This document shows positions 55,446 to 64,000 of a stretch of 64,000 nucleotides of DNA, in pieces. Below the pieces are notes generated by a model that worked only from the letters and a program-made list of their open reading frames with translations, was not told the DNA's origin and made no database searches. Source of the DNA: Chloroflexota bacterium (GTDB taxonomy: Bacteria; Chloroflexota; Anaerolineae; Promineifilales; Promineifilaceae); contig JAWKOY010000018.1 in assembly GCA_041390945.1 (NCBI GenBank), positions 61,237 to 125,236 of the forward strand, in the 5' to 3' direction. The stretch's first letter is position 1. Each line of letters starts with the position of its first letter. The translations under genes and the position numbers were made by a program.

Positions 55446-56709
55446 ATGACTGAACTCGAATATTTGACCGTAGCCGAGGCGCTGGCTCTGGTGCTGGCTG
55501 GTGTTCCGATACTGGATGCTGAAGAGATCCCCTTGTCCTCCGCACTGGGCCTTGTCCTGGCCGAGCCTGTTATTTCCCGCGATACATTGCCCCCATTTGC
55601 TAACTCAGCAATGGATGGTTTTGCTGTCCGTGCGGAAGATGTAAAAACAGCGTCAACTAACGATCCTGTAACTCTTCAGGTAATTGCCGACATTGCTGCC
55701 GGAACGGTGGCTGACAGACCGATTGGGGATAGCGAAGCGGCCCGCATTATGACTGGCGCTCCGATGCCGGAAGGCGCTGATGCGGTTGTGCCGGTGGAGG
55801 ACACCTCGATTCCCTGGCGTGATCAAACGGCCGATTTGCCGGAAACTGTGGATATCCGTCGCAGCGTGCAGGTCGGCAACTCAGTTCGTTTCCCCGGTGA
55901 AGACATCCGCGAAGGCGACAAAGTACTGGAAGCCGGAAAGATTCTTCGGCCGCAGGAAATTGGTGTGTTGGCGGCCCTGGGCGTGACGGTGGTTGCCGTG
56001 TACAGACGGCCGCGTGTCGGTGTGCTGGCAACTGGTGATGAGCTTGTGGGCATCGAAGATGCGCTCTCGCCGGGCAAGATTCGCAATAGCAATAGCTATG
56101 CCCTTTCCGCTCAAATTTCGGCGGCTGGTGCTGAGCCTGTGATGCTGGGTGTGGCTGGTGATACAGAGGATGCCGTCCGGGAACGGCTCCAATTGGGCCT
56201 GGATGAGGATGTAGATCTATTTATCAGCTCTGCCGGTGTGTCGGTCGGTGCTTATGATGTGGTCAGATCTGTCCTCGAAAGTTCCGGTAGTATGAACTTC
56301 TGGCGGGTTCGCATGCGTCCGGGCAAGCCGTTGGCTTTCGGCCAATATGGCGGTGTGCCTTACCCTGGGCTTGCCGGGTAATCCTGTTTCCGCGCTGGTG
56401 TCTTTCGAGCGATTTGCACGTCCGGCCATTCTCAAGATGGCGGGGCATACGGAGCTGGATCGGCCGCAAGTGCTGGTTCGTGTGCTGGATGACATTCATT
56501 CGGACGGCCGCGAGAGCTACATTCGCGGAATTGTATCCCGAACAACAAACGGTTATGAGGCTACGGTTACCGGAGGGCAAGGCTCGCACATGATTACCTC
56601 TTTGGTGAAAGCCAACGCCTTGCTCATTGTCCCGGAGGGCGTACGCCACGTACCGGCCGGAGAGCGGTTGCAGGCCATGATGATCGACTGGCCTAACGTT
56701 GTTTTCTAA
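55446..56709 (+). CDS. moeA: molybdopterin molybdotransferase (frameshift near 56365)
   Basis: PPFANSAMDGFA, RIMTGAPMP.GAD, TGDEL, SAGVSVG, MRPGKP, GLPGNPVS. Confidence 0.95.
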
Positions 56710-56732
56710 ACCGCCGGTCTTATGAAAGCTTA

Positions 56733-56778
56733 AAGAAAAAACGCCCCGCTCAATTGTTGAGCGGGGCGTTTGATTTTC
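56733..56778. terminator. bidirectional terminator between convergent moeA and S1 gene
   Basis: AAACGCCCCGCTCAA...TTGAGCGGGGCGTTT with A tract upstream and T-rich run downstream. Confidence 0.88.
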
Positions 56779-56793
56779 TCGTAGAGAATCAGC

Positions 56794-57615
56794 TTAGTTG
56801 TCACTCTGCATAGAGAGTATACGGTCGATAACTTCCTGCTGTTTCTGTTTCTTGCTGCTGCTTTGTTTCTTGCGTTTCTTGGATCCACGCTGTTCCGCTT
56901 GCAGAGAGTCCATGGCCTCGCTGCCTAACGCGCGGCGCATCGCAATTTCCATAGCTGTCGGAAGATCTTCCAGATCCTCTTCGATGTCGTCATAGCTGCC
57001 GCTTTCGTCAGGCGTGTACTGGGATGTGTTTCCGCTCCCATTCCGTGCAGGTGCTTCAGGACGTTCAATTAAGGCTTTCATGCTCAGGTCAATCCGACGC
57101 TTGCGCCGGTTGAATCCCAGTACCTTAACTGTGACCTCATCGCCGACGGAGACAACCTCGCCAGGGCTTTTCACGTAGTCATGGCTCAACTCGCTGATGT
57201 GAACCAGACCTTCGCGCTCAGCGCCGATGCTCACGAACGCGCCAAAGTTCTCCAGACGGGTCACAGTACCGGTGTAGACCTGACCTTCTTTCAGATCGCT
57301 CCAGTCTACTGCCAGCGGCTCGACCATAGTCAGCATGATCTGTTGGCGCTCCGGGTCTGTTTTCTCTACCCAAGCCTGGATTGATTCGCCTTCTGACAGC
57401 ACGTCAGAGACGCGGTTGACTTGCTCGGAACCCAATTTGGAAATGTGAATCAAGGCGGTAGCGTCTATTCCAAGATCGATGATTGCGCCATACAAATCAA
57501 CGCGCTTGACCGTACCATTGACCTTCATTTTGGGCTTGAGGTCGGAAATGTCGGTGGGGGTGACGACCTGGATTTCGGCTTCTTCGGTCGCCGTTTCTGC
57601 GGTTTCAGCACTCAT
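56794..57615 (-). CDS. two-S1-domain RNA-binding protein
   Basis: GTVKRVDLYGAIIDLG...IHISKL and GTVTRLENFGAFVSIG..EGLVHISEL...RIDLSMK. Confidence 0.88.
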   Translation of the reverse strand: MSAETAETATEEAEIQVVTPTDISDLKPKMKVNGTVKRVDLYGAIIDLGIDATALIHISKLGSEQVNRVSDVLSEGESIQAWVEKTDPERQQIMLTMVEPLAVDWSDLKEGQVYTGTVTRLENFGAFVSIGAEREGLVHISELSHDYVKSPGEVVSVGDEVTVKVLGFNRRKRRIDLSMKALIERPEAPARNGSGNTSQYTPDESGSYDDIEEDLEDLPTAMEIAMRRALGSEAMDSLQAEQRGSKKRKKQSSSKKQKQQEVIDRILSMQSDN

Positions 57616-57727
57616 GACAGAGTTCTCCTACAAAGACATGAACGGGCACGGAGGCCGTGCCCGGAATTTGTGCGGTGAATTGTTCAATCGAGGAATTTGT
57701 GAAAAGATTCCCAACACACCAACGGCG

Positions 57728-57755
57728 ATTATAACAGCCGCCTAGTTCATGTCAA
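57728..57755 (-). promoter_or_regulatory. consensus promoter of S1-domain gene
   Basis: TTGACA-N16-TATAAT with TGn extension. Confidence 0.8.
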
Positions 57756-57803
57756 CCTTTTTCTCATCGAGAAACAAACCACTTTTCAGATTGCTTAATC
57801 CGC

Positions 57804-58874
57804 CTAGAATTCTTCGACTTCTGCCTCCGGCTCGGATTCATTTTCATATTCGGCCGGTACCATAGCCGCAGGCAATTGCGACTCACTGCGGATGATTTGC
57901 TCCAATTCGAAAAGCATCGTCGGGTTCTCGGCCAGATAGACCTTCGCATTTTCACGACCCTGACCGAGAAGAATGTCGTTGTAGCGGAAATAAGCACCAC
58001 GTTTGTCCACAATCTCGTAAGCAGTCGCGAGGTCCAACACATCCCCGGTGCGGGAGATGCCTTCGTTGTACATGATGTCGAACTCACACTCGGTGAAGGG
58101 TGGGGCGACCTTGTTCTTCTTGACCTTGACCCGCGTCCGGTTGCCGATGACATCGTTGCCCGACTTGATAGACTGGATGCGACGAATGTCTAACCGGACC
58201 GACGCATAGAACTTCAGGGCATTGCCGCCGGAGGTTGTCTCCGGGCTGCCGAACATGACACCGATCTTCTCCCGTAACTGGTTGGTGAAGATAACGGCCG
58301 TGTTGGTCTGCTTGATGACGCCGGAGAGCTTGCGCAATGCCTGGGACATGAGACGCGCCTGGAGGCCGACATGGGTATCACCCATCTCACCTTCAATCTC
58401 GGCTCGCGGGACAAGGGCAGCAACGGAGTCAATGACGACCACATCCATCGTACCGGAGCGAATGAGGGCATCGGCAATCTCCAGCGCCTGTTCACCGGTA
58501 TCGGGCTGGGAGACATAGAGATTATCGACATCCACACCGCAGCGGGCAGCATAGACGGGGTCAAGGGCATGCTCCATGTCAATGAAGGCACAGAGGCCGC
58601 CCTGCTGCTGGGCTTCGGCGATGATGTGTTGGCAGAGGGTGGTCTTACCGGAGGATTCGGGGCCGTAGATTTCGACGACCCGGCCACGGGGAATCCCCCC
58701 GACACCGAGGGCAATGTCGAGCGAGATGGACCCGGTGGGGATGACGTCTATCTTCATGCTATGGGCATCGCCTAACCGCATAATCGTTCCTTCACCAAAT
58801 CGCTTGGTCAATGAATCAATAGTTTTTTCCAGGGTCGCCTGGCGGCCGTCAGAATTGCCGTTCTTGCTGCTCAT
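57804..58874 (-). CDS. recA: recombinase A
   Basis: [41 protein letters not shown]; ATG at 58874. Confidence 0.98.
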   Translation of the reverse strand: MSSKNGNSDGRQATLEKTIDSLTKRFGEGTIMRLGDAHSMKIDVIPTGSISLDIALGVGGIPRGRVVEIYGPESSGKTTLCQHIIAEAQQQGGLCAFIDMEHALDPVYAARCGVDVDNLYVSQPDTGEQALEIADALIRSGTMDVVVIDSVAALVPRAEIEGEMGDTHVGLQARLMSQALRKLSGVIKQTNTAVIFTNQLREKIGVMFGSPETTSGGNALKFYASVRLDIRRIQSIKSGNDVIGNRTRVKVKKNKVAPPFTECEFDIMYNEGISRTGDVLDLATAYEIVDKRGAYFRYNDILLGQGRENAKVYLAENPTMLFELEQIIRSESQLPAAMVPAEYENESEPEAEVEEF

Positions 58875-58950
58875 TTTATACACTTCTGTGTGCTGGTTAC
58901 TGATTGTGGGAACGGCGTTTCTTTCTTGCCGTCCGGTGCTGACAGGAAGA

Positions 58951-59010
58951 ATAGTAGCACAGATGTTCGTGCCTGTCAAGATTGAATTTGATGTAATGAA
59001 CGCATGTTCA
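58951..59010 (-). promoter_or_regulatory. recA promoter with two LexA (SOS) boxes
   Basis: TTGACA (58979-58974)-N17-TACTAT (58956-58951); CGAAC-ATCT-GTGC in the spacer; TGAAC-GCAT-GTTCA at 58997-59010. Confidence 0.85.
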
Positions 59011-59021
59011 CAATATGCAAG

Positions 59022-60559
59022 CTAAGGGGAGGTGACACCTTCCTTACGAATGATTTGCCACAACGCGCGGAGCTCGGAGCCGCCCAGAAGCCAGAGGACT
59101 ACCAGATAAACGAGGCCGCCGGCCGCGAGTCCCAACCCCAGGTCGAGGAAGGCGTTGTCTGTCAGGCGGGTGGTGAGGGCAATCGTTGCAGCCAGGGCGA
59201 CCGATGCCAGGAGAATACGCCAGGCGGATTGAGCCAGGTGCCGCACACCCAGCCCTCCCAATGCACGCCGGTTCAGCTCAAAGAGAACGGCCGCCAGGAG
59301 TGTGAAGCCAATCGTGGTTGCCAACGCCAATCCGGCGATGCCCATGCTGTTGACCAGAAAAACAGCCAGGATAGCCGTGACCACAAGCCATCCCAGATAG
59401 GCCAGCATTGGGGTTCGCGTGTTGTGCTGGGCATAAAACAGCCGGGCGACGATCTCCAGTGTGGATTCGCTGACGATGCGGATGGAGAAAAACACTAAAA
59501 TCGTGTAGACGAGCTGGGTAGCCTCAGCGTCGAATGCGCCTCCCTGAAACAGAAAACCGATGATCTCCTGGCCCAGCATGGCGGTCACCACTGCGGAAGG
59601 AACCGTGAGCGCCCAGATGATACCGAGGGTATTGCTGGCTGTTTTTCGCAGTCCGGCAATGTCATTGGCGTTGTACAGTTCTGCCAGCGTCGGAAAGATA
59701 ACCAGAGCGATGGACGTACCGAATAAGGTCTGTGGTAGCTGCATTAACGCATAGGCGTAAAAGTAGGCTGAGGTGGAGCCACTGGGAAGACCTGACGCGA
59801 GACGAATGGTGACCAGGTCCGCAAACTGAACCGTCCCCAGCGTGACAATTCTCGGCCCCATCAGGCGGATAACTTCACGGACGCCTTCCATACGCAGATC
59901 CAGTGCCGGCCGGTAGGTGATATGGTATTTAATTAGTGCCGGAACCTGAATGGCGATATGGAGAAATGCTCCAATGACTGTGCCCCAGGCCAATCCGATA
60001 ATACCCATGGTGGGCACGAAGAAATAGAGCCCGATCACATAGCCAATGTCCAGAGCTACAGGAGCAAGGGCTGGCAACGCGAAATGTTGATGTGCGTTGA
60101 GAATACTGCTGAGCACGCCACTCACGCCGAAGATCGTGGTTTGTATCAGGATGACGCGCATAATTTCGGCCGTTAGCAGTTGTTGTTCCGGCGAGAAATC
60201 CGGGACCAGGACAACCCTCGTCAACCAGGGCGCCAGGATTGCTCCGACAAGCGACACAGCCCCCAGAACAAACAGTACCAGCGTCAAAATGGTATTGGCG
60301 AGGCGGGCGCTGTCGCGTGACGATCGTTGGCTGAGGTACTCGGTGTAGACAGGGATAAACGCCGCGGCTAAGGATCCCCGGCGATGACCACAAAGAAGAC
60401 TTCAGGAAGCTGGTTGGCAGCGGTGAAAGCGTCGTACTGCGGGCTGGTACCGAAAGCCTGGGCTACCAACCGGGCACGAATGAGGCCGGTTAGTTTGCCC
60501 AACGCAAAGAGGAAAATGACGATAACGGACGAGCGCAGCAGGTGGCGTGTACGCACCAT
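59022..60559 (-). CDS. murJ: MurJ/MviN-family flippase (frameshift near 60375)
   Basis: GLIR..LVAQAFG...DAFTAANQLP, LMQLPQTLFG, FPTLA, FQGGAF, RLFYAQHNTRTP, GIAGLALA. Confidence 0.92.
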
Positions 60560-60645
60560 GGGGGCGAATTGTACCTCCGGGCCGGATTGGGGCAATGATT
60601 CAGCCGGTTGGCGAGGCGATCGGGCAGGATATAATCACGCCAACT

Positions 60646-61197
60646 ATGAGCGACAAACCACCCTTACTGACAGATGTGCACTTTGAGCAAACGCCGGAAC
60701 GGTTGAAGGTTGTACTGCCTGTCAAGCGCAACATCCCCTTGCTGATTCTGTACACGGTGCTGGTTCTCATTTGGTTAGCCATGATGGTCGGTGGCATTAT
60801 CTACACAATCCGAATTGCCTTCTCCGGCCAACCCTACGCATTTGTATTCACGGTAATGCTTTTGGTCCTGCTATCTATCCTGTACCGGTTTGGCCGCTAC
60901 CTGCTTCGTCAATGGGCAAATCTGGCAACAAATCGCGAGATTCTTTTTATCAACAAGGATGTCCTTATTGTCCGGCGGCCGATTTCGATATTCGGCAACA
61001 CCGATGCCTATGACATGCAGCACGTCACGCCGTTTTACATAAGCGAAAAGCCGGCCGGCCCGGCGTTTGATTATGGCTATCGCCACTACTATTTTGGGGA
61101 AGCATTAAGTCCACAGACGGCCGATGAGTTGATTCGGTTTCTTAACGAGACTTACTTTCCCAATGCGATGGATTATGATGAGGATGACGACGAGTAG
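60646..61197 (+). CDS. hypothetical membrane protein (2 TM, acidic tail)
   Basis: Clean ORF with two hydrophobic helices; TATAAT 10 nt upstream of ATG. Confidence 0.7.
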   Translation: MSDKPPLLTDVHFEQTPERLKVVLPVKRNIPLLILYTVLVLIWLAMMVGGIIYTIRIAFSGQPYAFVFTVMLLVLLSILYRFGRYLLRQWANLATNREILFINKDVLIVRRPISIFGNTDAYDMQHVTPFYISEKPAGPAFDYGYRHYYFGEALSPQTADELIRFLNETYFPNAMDYDEDDDE

Positions 61198-61204
61198 GGA
61201 GGAC

Positions 61205-62032
61205 TTACTCCACAAACTCAAGGTCTTTGGTGGCGAACAGATTGGCGGCAATAAGGAACAGGATCGTCCCGTAAAGGAGTAATACGGCCGGAGCCAATGC
61301 CTGGGATGTGGTGAGTGAGCCGTTGAAGATCGCGTCAGTGATAGATCGAAACGGCCAGAAAACAGTTCCGGCGGCCGACGACAACGCCCCCAGACTTTCC
61401 CCACGCAAGGAGCCGGCCAGCGAGTTCAGGAGGTCGGCAAAGAAAACCAGATTCATGTTGGCAAACACTGTAGCCACATCATTCAGGCGGTCGGCAAACC
61501 ATGATTCTGAGCTTTGGCCCATGCTGTTCAGAATAAGCAAGATAGCCAGCAAGCCAAAGATAATGACCCGTGACCAGCCGGAAGAGACAAGATCGGTCGC
61601 GTGCAGCGCCAGCACAGCGACAAGGATGTCCAGACCCAACCAGATGGGTGCCAGTGATAACAAACCGGCTGTGGTCAGCTCAGGGCCGCGAATTAGGGCC
61701 AGACCGGCAACGAGTAATTGCATCAGCCCACCGGCAATAAGCGACGCCAGCAGTACGGCTACCAGATATTCAACCCGGCTTTGCAAGCGGGTAACAAACG
61801 GATAATTCTCCAGCCGGTTTGCACGGGTGGCAATTGTTATGGTAGCGAGGAATGTGGCTGGCGCCGAACGCCGCGATGAGCAGCACGTAATTTTCGAAAT
61901 CAGGCGTGGCTTGTCCCGGCGGGAAAAATACCGCCCAGAAGACGAGCGCCGCCAACAGGAAGAGCAACCCCACGAGGGAAAAGAAAAAGTGCGCAGGAAG
62001 TACACGGTCAAAATCGCAATGCGCTGGATCAT
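61205..62032 (-). CDS. ABC transporter permease-like membrane protein (compensating frameshifts near 5' end)
   Basis: Multiple TM segments, SRVEYL, ends FATKDL; follows the ABC ATPase. Confidence 0.75.
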   Translation of the reverse strand: MIQRIAILTVYFLRTFSFPSWGCSSCWRRSSSGRYFSRRDKPRLISKITCCSSRRSAPATFLATITIATRANRLENYPFVTRLQSRVEYLVAVLLASLIAGGLMQLLVAGLALIRGPELTTAGLLSLAPIWLGLDILVAVLALHATDLVSSGWSRVIIFGLLAILLILNSMGQSSESWFADRLNDVATVFANMNLVFFADLLNSLAGSLRGESLGALSSAAGTVFWPFRSITDAIFNGSLTTSQALAPAVLLLYGTILFLIAANLFATKDLEFVE

Positions 62033-62902
62033 TGAACCGCCTCCGCATATATCTCGGCCAGGGTGATCCGCTTTTGATCCACCTTGAGCACGTCATAGCC
62101 GTTGTTGATGAGAATCGCCAGGATTTGCCGCCGCATCGTAATTCGCCCCATTGCGCAGAATGACCGAGTTGTCCTCCACGCTAATATCAGGGTGAACAGC
62201 AACCAGCAGCTCTTGCGCGGCTTGCAACGGCCGATCAGTTTGGATAACAACATGAGGCTGAAGCTTCAGCGCGTCCGACATCCGGTTTTGATAGTGGATA
62301 CGGCCGTTATTGAGAATGACCAGAAATGTGCAGACCTGGGTCACTTCATGAAGGAGATGCGAACTGAGCAACACGGTTTTCCCGGCCGAACGCAATTCCT
62401 CAATGTAGGATAACATCTCTTCCTGGCCTTCCGGGTCCAGACCGCTGGACGGTTCATCCAGGAGCAGGAGGGCGGGATCGCCAATCAGGGCTTGAGCCAG
62501 ACCAAGCCGCTGGCGCATACCTTTGGAGAGCGTCTTGATTTGCTTGTGGGATGCACTCAACAGGTTGACCCGCGCCAGGCTCTCCAATACAGCATTATCC
62601 GCAAGGCTTCTGCTGACACCGCATAAGCCGGCGACCATCTCCAGGTATTGACTGACCTGCATATTCCCCGGAAACACAAGTCGCTCCGGCTTGTACCCAA
62701 TTTCCGGCCATTCTGTCCCAGAGGGTATCAGTTCCCCTTCGGTCGGATAAATCAGACCGGCAATGAGTTTAATCAGCGTAGATTTGCCTGCACCGTTAGG
62801 ACCCAACAAGCCGATAATTTCCCCCTGGGGGAAGGCTGTGGTTATATCGTTGAGTGCGGTTAGTGAATAGTAACGCTTGGTGACGTGGCGAAAGTCAATC
62901 AC
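62029..62902 (-). CDS. ABC transporter ATP-binding protein (frameshift near 62140)
   Basis: GPNGAGKST, LSKGMRQR, LLLDEP, SSH. Confidence 0.92.
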
Positions 62903-63108
62903 GGATGGTACTTCCTGAGAGATATCGAATCTATCCATGCGAAGTGTATCACATCGGCAATGCCCGGCAATTGGCCTCACGGTTCGTGATGTGCAGATGA
63001 GTCGATTGGGGGTAGGTAGACGTTGCCAGCGCAGTCAGTTATACTAATGGGCGCATTTTTACTAGAATTCAACTCGCAAGAGATTCGCAGTGCAAGAGGT
63101 AACTTCTG

Positions 63109-63366
63109 ATGACTCTTCAGCCTTGGGCTCCTTACTTAAGCATTATTGAGATCATTTTGGGTCTGACATTGACCGTCCTGGTCGTTGTCCAGGCCAAGGG
63201 TTCTGATCTGGGCGGTTTTATGGGCGGTGGTGGCGCAGACCTGAGCGCGGGTTTCCGCACGCGTCGTGGGGTCGAAGCCACACTTCACAATGTGACAATT
63301 GTCATAGCGGTCCTGTTTTTCCTCAATACCTTCTTCTCCTTTCTGGCATGGGGACAGATCGTTTAA
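63109..63366 (+). CDS. secG: preprotein translocase subunit SecG
   Basis: Two TM helices, VQAKGSDLGG, RTRRGVEATL; GAGG SD. Confidence 0.88.
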   Translation: MTLQPWAPYLSIIEIILGLTLTVLVVVQAKGSDLGGFMGGGGADLSAGFRTRRGVEATLHNVTIVIAVLFFLNTFFSFLAWGQIV

Positions 63367-63399
63367 TCAAGGCCACACTTATTCCGTAACATTTGAATC

Positions 63400-64000
63400 A
63401 TGAAGCCTGACATTCGCTGGCAGCTATTGCTGGCGGCCACGGGTTTCATTCTGGTGCTGGGATTATTCTCGTACCAGGTGCAATCGGCTGCTCTCTGTAC
63501 GGTCACTGTACCCGCGAGTGGCGGGTTCCTGTCGGCCGGTATTGTGGGGCGTCCGGTAACCCTGAACCCACTACTGGATGATACCTATCCCGTTGATCGG
63601 CAACTGGTTGATCTGATTTATGACGGGCTGGTTCGATTTGATGAGAGCGGTCAGCCGCAGCCTGCACTGGCAGAGTCATGGTCTTTCAGCGAGGATGGAT
63701 TGACCATCCGCTTTACCCTGCGCGATGATATTCAATGGCAGGATGGCGAACCGGTAACGGCCGATGATGTCGCCTTTACGTACGGATTAATGCAGCAGGA
63801 TGCGTTTCCCGGGTTGCAATCACTAAAGCAACTGTGGCAGTCAGTGACGATCACGGTCATTGATGATCAGACAATCGAGTTCACGCTGCAACAGCCATAT
63901 AGTCCGTTTTTGGAAGCCACCTCACGCGGTATTCTGCCCGCCCATTTGTGGGCAGATGTGCCAGTTGCCCAACTTGCTACTTCTTCCCTGAATCGAACCC
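63400..64000 (+). CDS. peptide/nickel ABC transporter substrate-binding protein (family 5), partial
   Basis: Translated by hand: LNPL...LIYDGLV...PALAESW..SEDG..I.FTLR...WQDGEPVTADDV.FT; runs off the window. Confidence 0.9.
   Translation, partial: MKPDIRWQLLLAATGFILVLGLFSYQVQSAALCTVTVPASGGFLSAGIVGRPVTLNPLLDDTYPVDRQLVDLIYDGLVRFDESGQPQPALAESWSFSEDGLTIRFTLRDDIQWQDGEPVTADDVAFTYGLMQQDAFPGLQSLKQLWQSVTITVIDDQTIEFTLQQPYSPFLEATSRGILPAHLWADVPVAQLATSSLNRT

Noticed and set aside
1-64000. rRNA, tRNA, CRISPR array, IS/transposase, retron or toxin-antitoxin loci
   Set aside because: None recognised. Intergenic gaps are short and explained by promoters, terminators and the T-box. Small elements in noisy regions could have been missed.

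Overview
Core-chromosome segment of a moderately GC-rich bacterium, most likely Chloroflexota/Anaerolineae. This is inferred from the gene families, Pro/Thr-rich exported proteins, GAAC-N4-GTTC SOS boxes and a T-box. It holds about 50 genes: rpsF-ssb-rpsR, sucCD, a Xer recombinase, rnhB with glycosyltransferases and rfbD, mtnP-rodA-pbpA, pkn-ftsH-7TM regulator-lysA, valS under a Val T-box, ftcD, MoxR-DUF58-DUF4129, an orphan DNA methyltransferase, iscX-nuoB-nuoCD-nuoI-mrp-ricT-HD-moeA, recA, murJ, an ABC transporter and secG. Many genes, including essential ones, carry 1-bp indels that look like long-read consensus errors, so coordinates of split genes are reconstructed and approximate. I saw no rRNA, tRNA, CRISPR array or transposase. 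The best leads are: (1) an apparently intact SEDS glycosyltransferase paired with a class-B PBP that has lost all three catalytic motifs; (2) a membrane-arm-less complex I Q-module bracketed by the Fe-S factors IscX and Mrp; (3) a kinase-less 7TM-GAF-HTH regulator behind a Ser/Thr kinase and FtsH; (4) a GTDC1/QTMAN-like glycosyltransferase; (5) a dif-like site just downstream of the xer promoter; (6) many near-leaderless genes. All family assignments come from motif recognition, not database searches.
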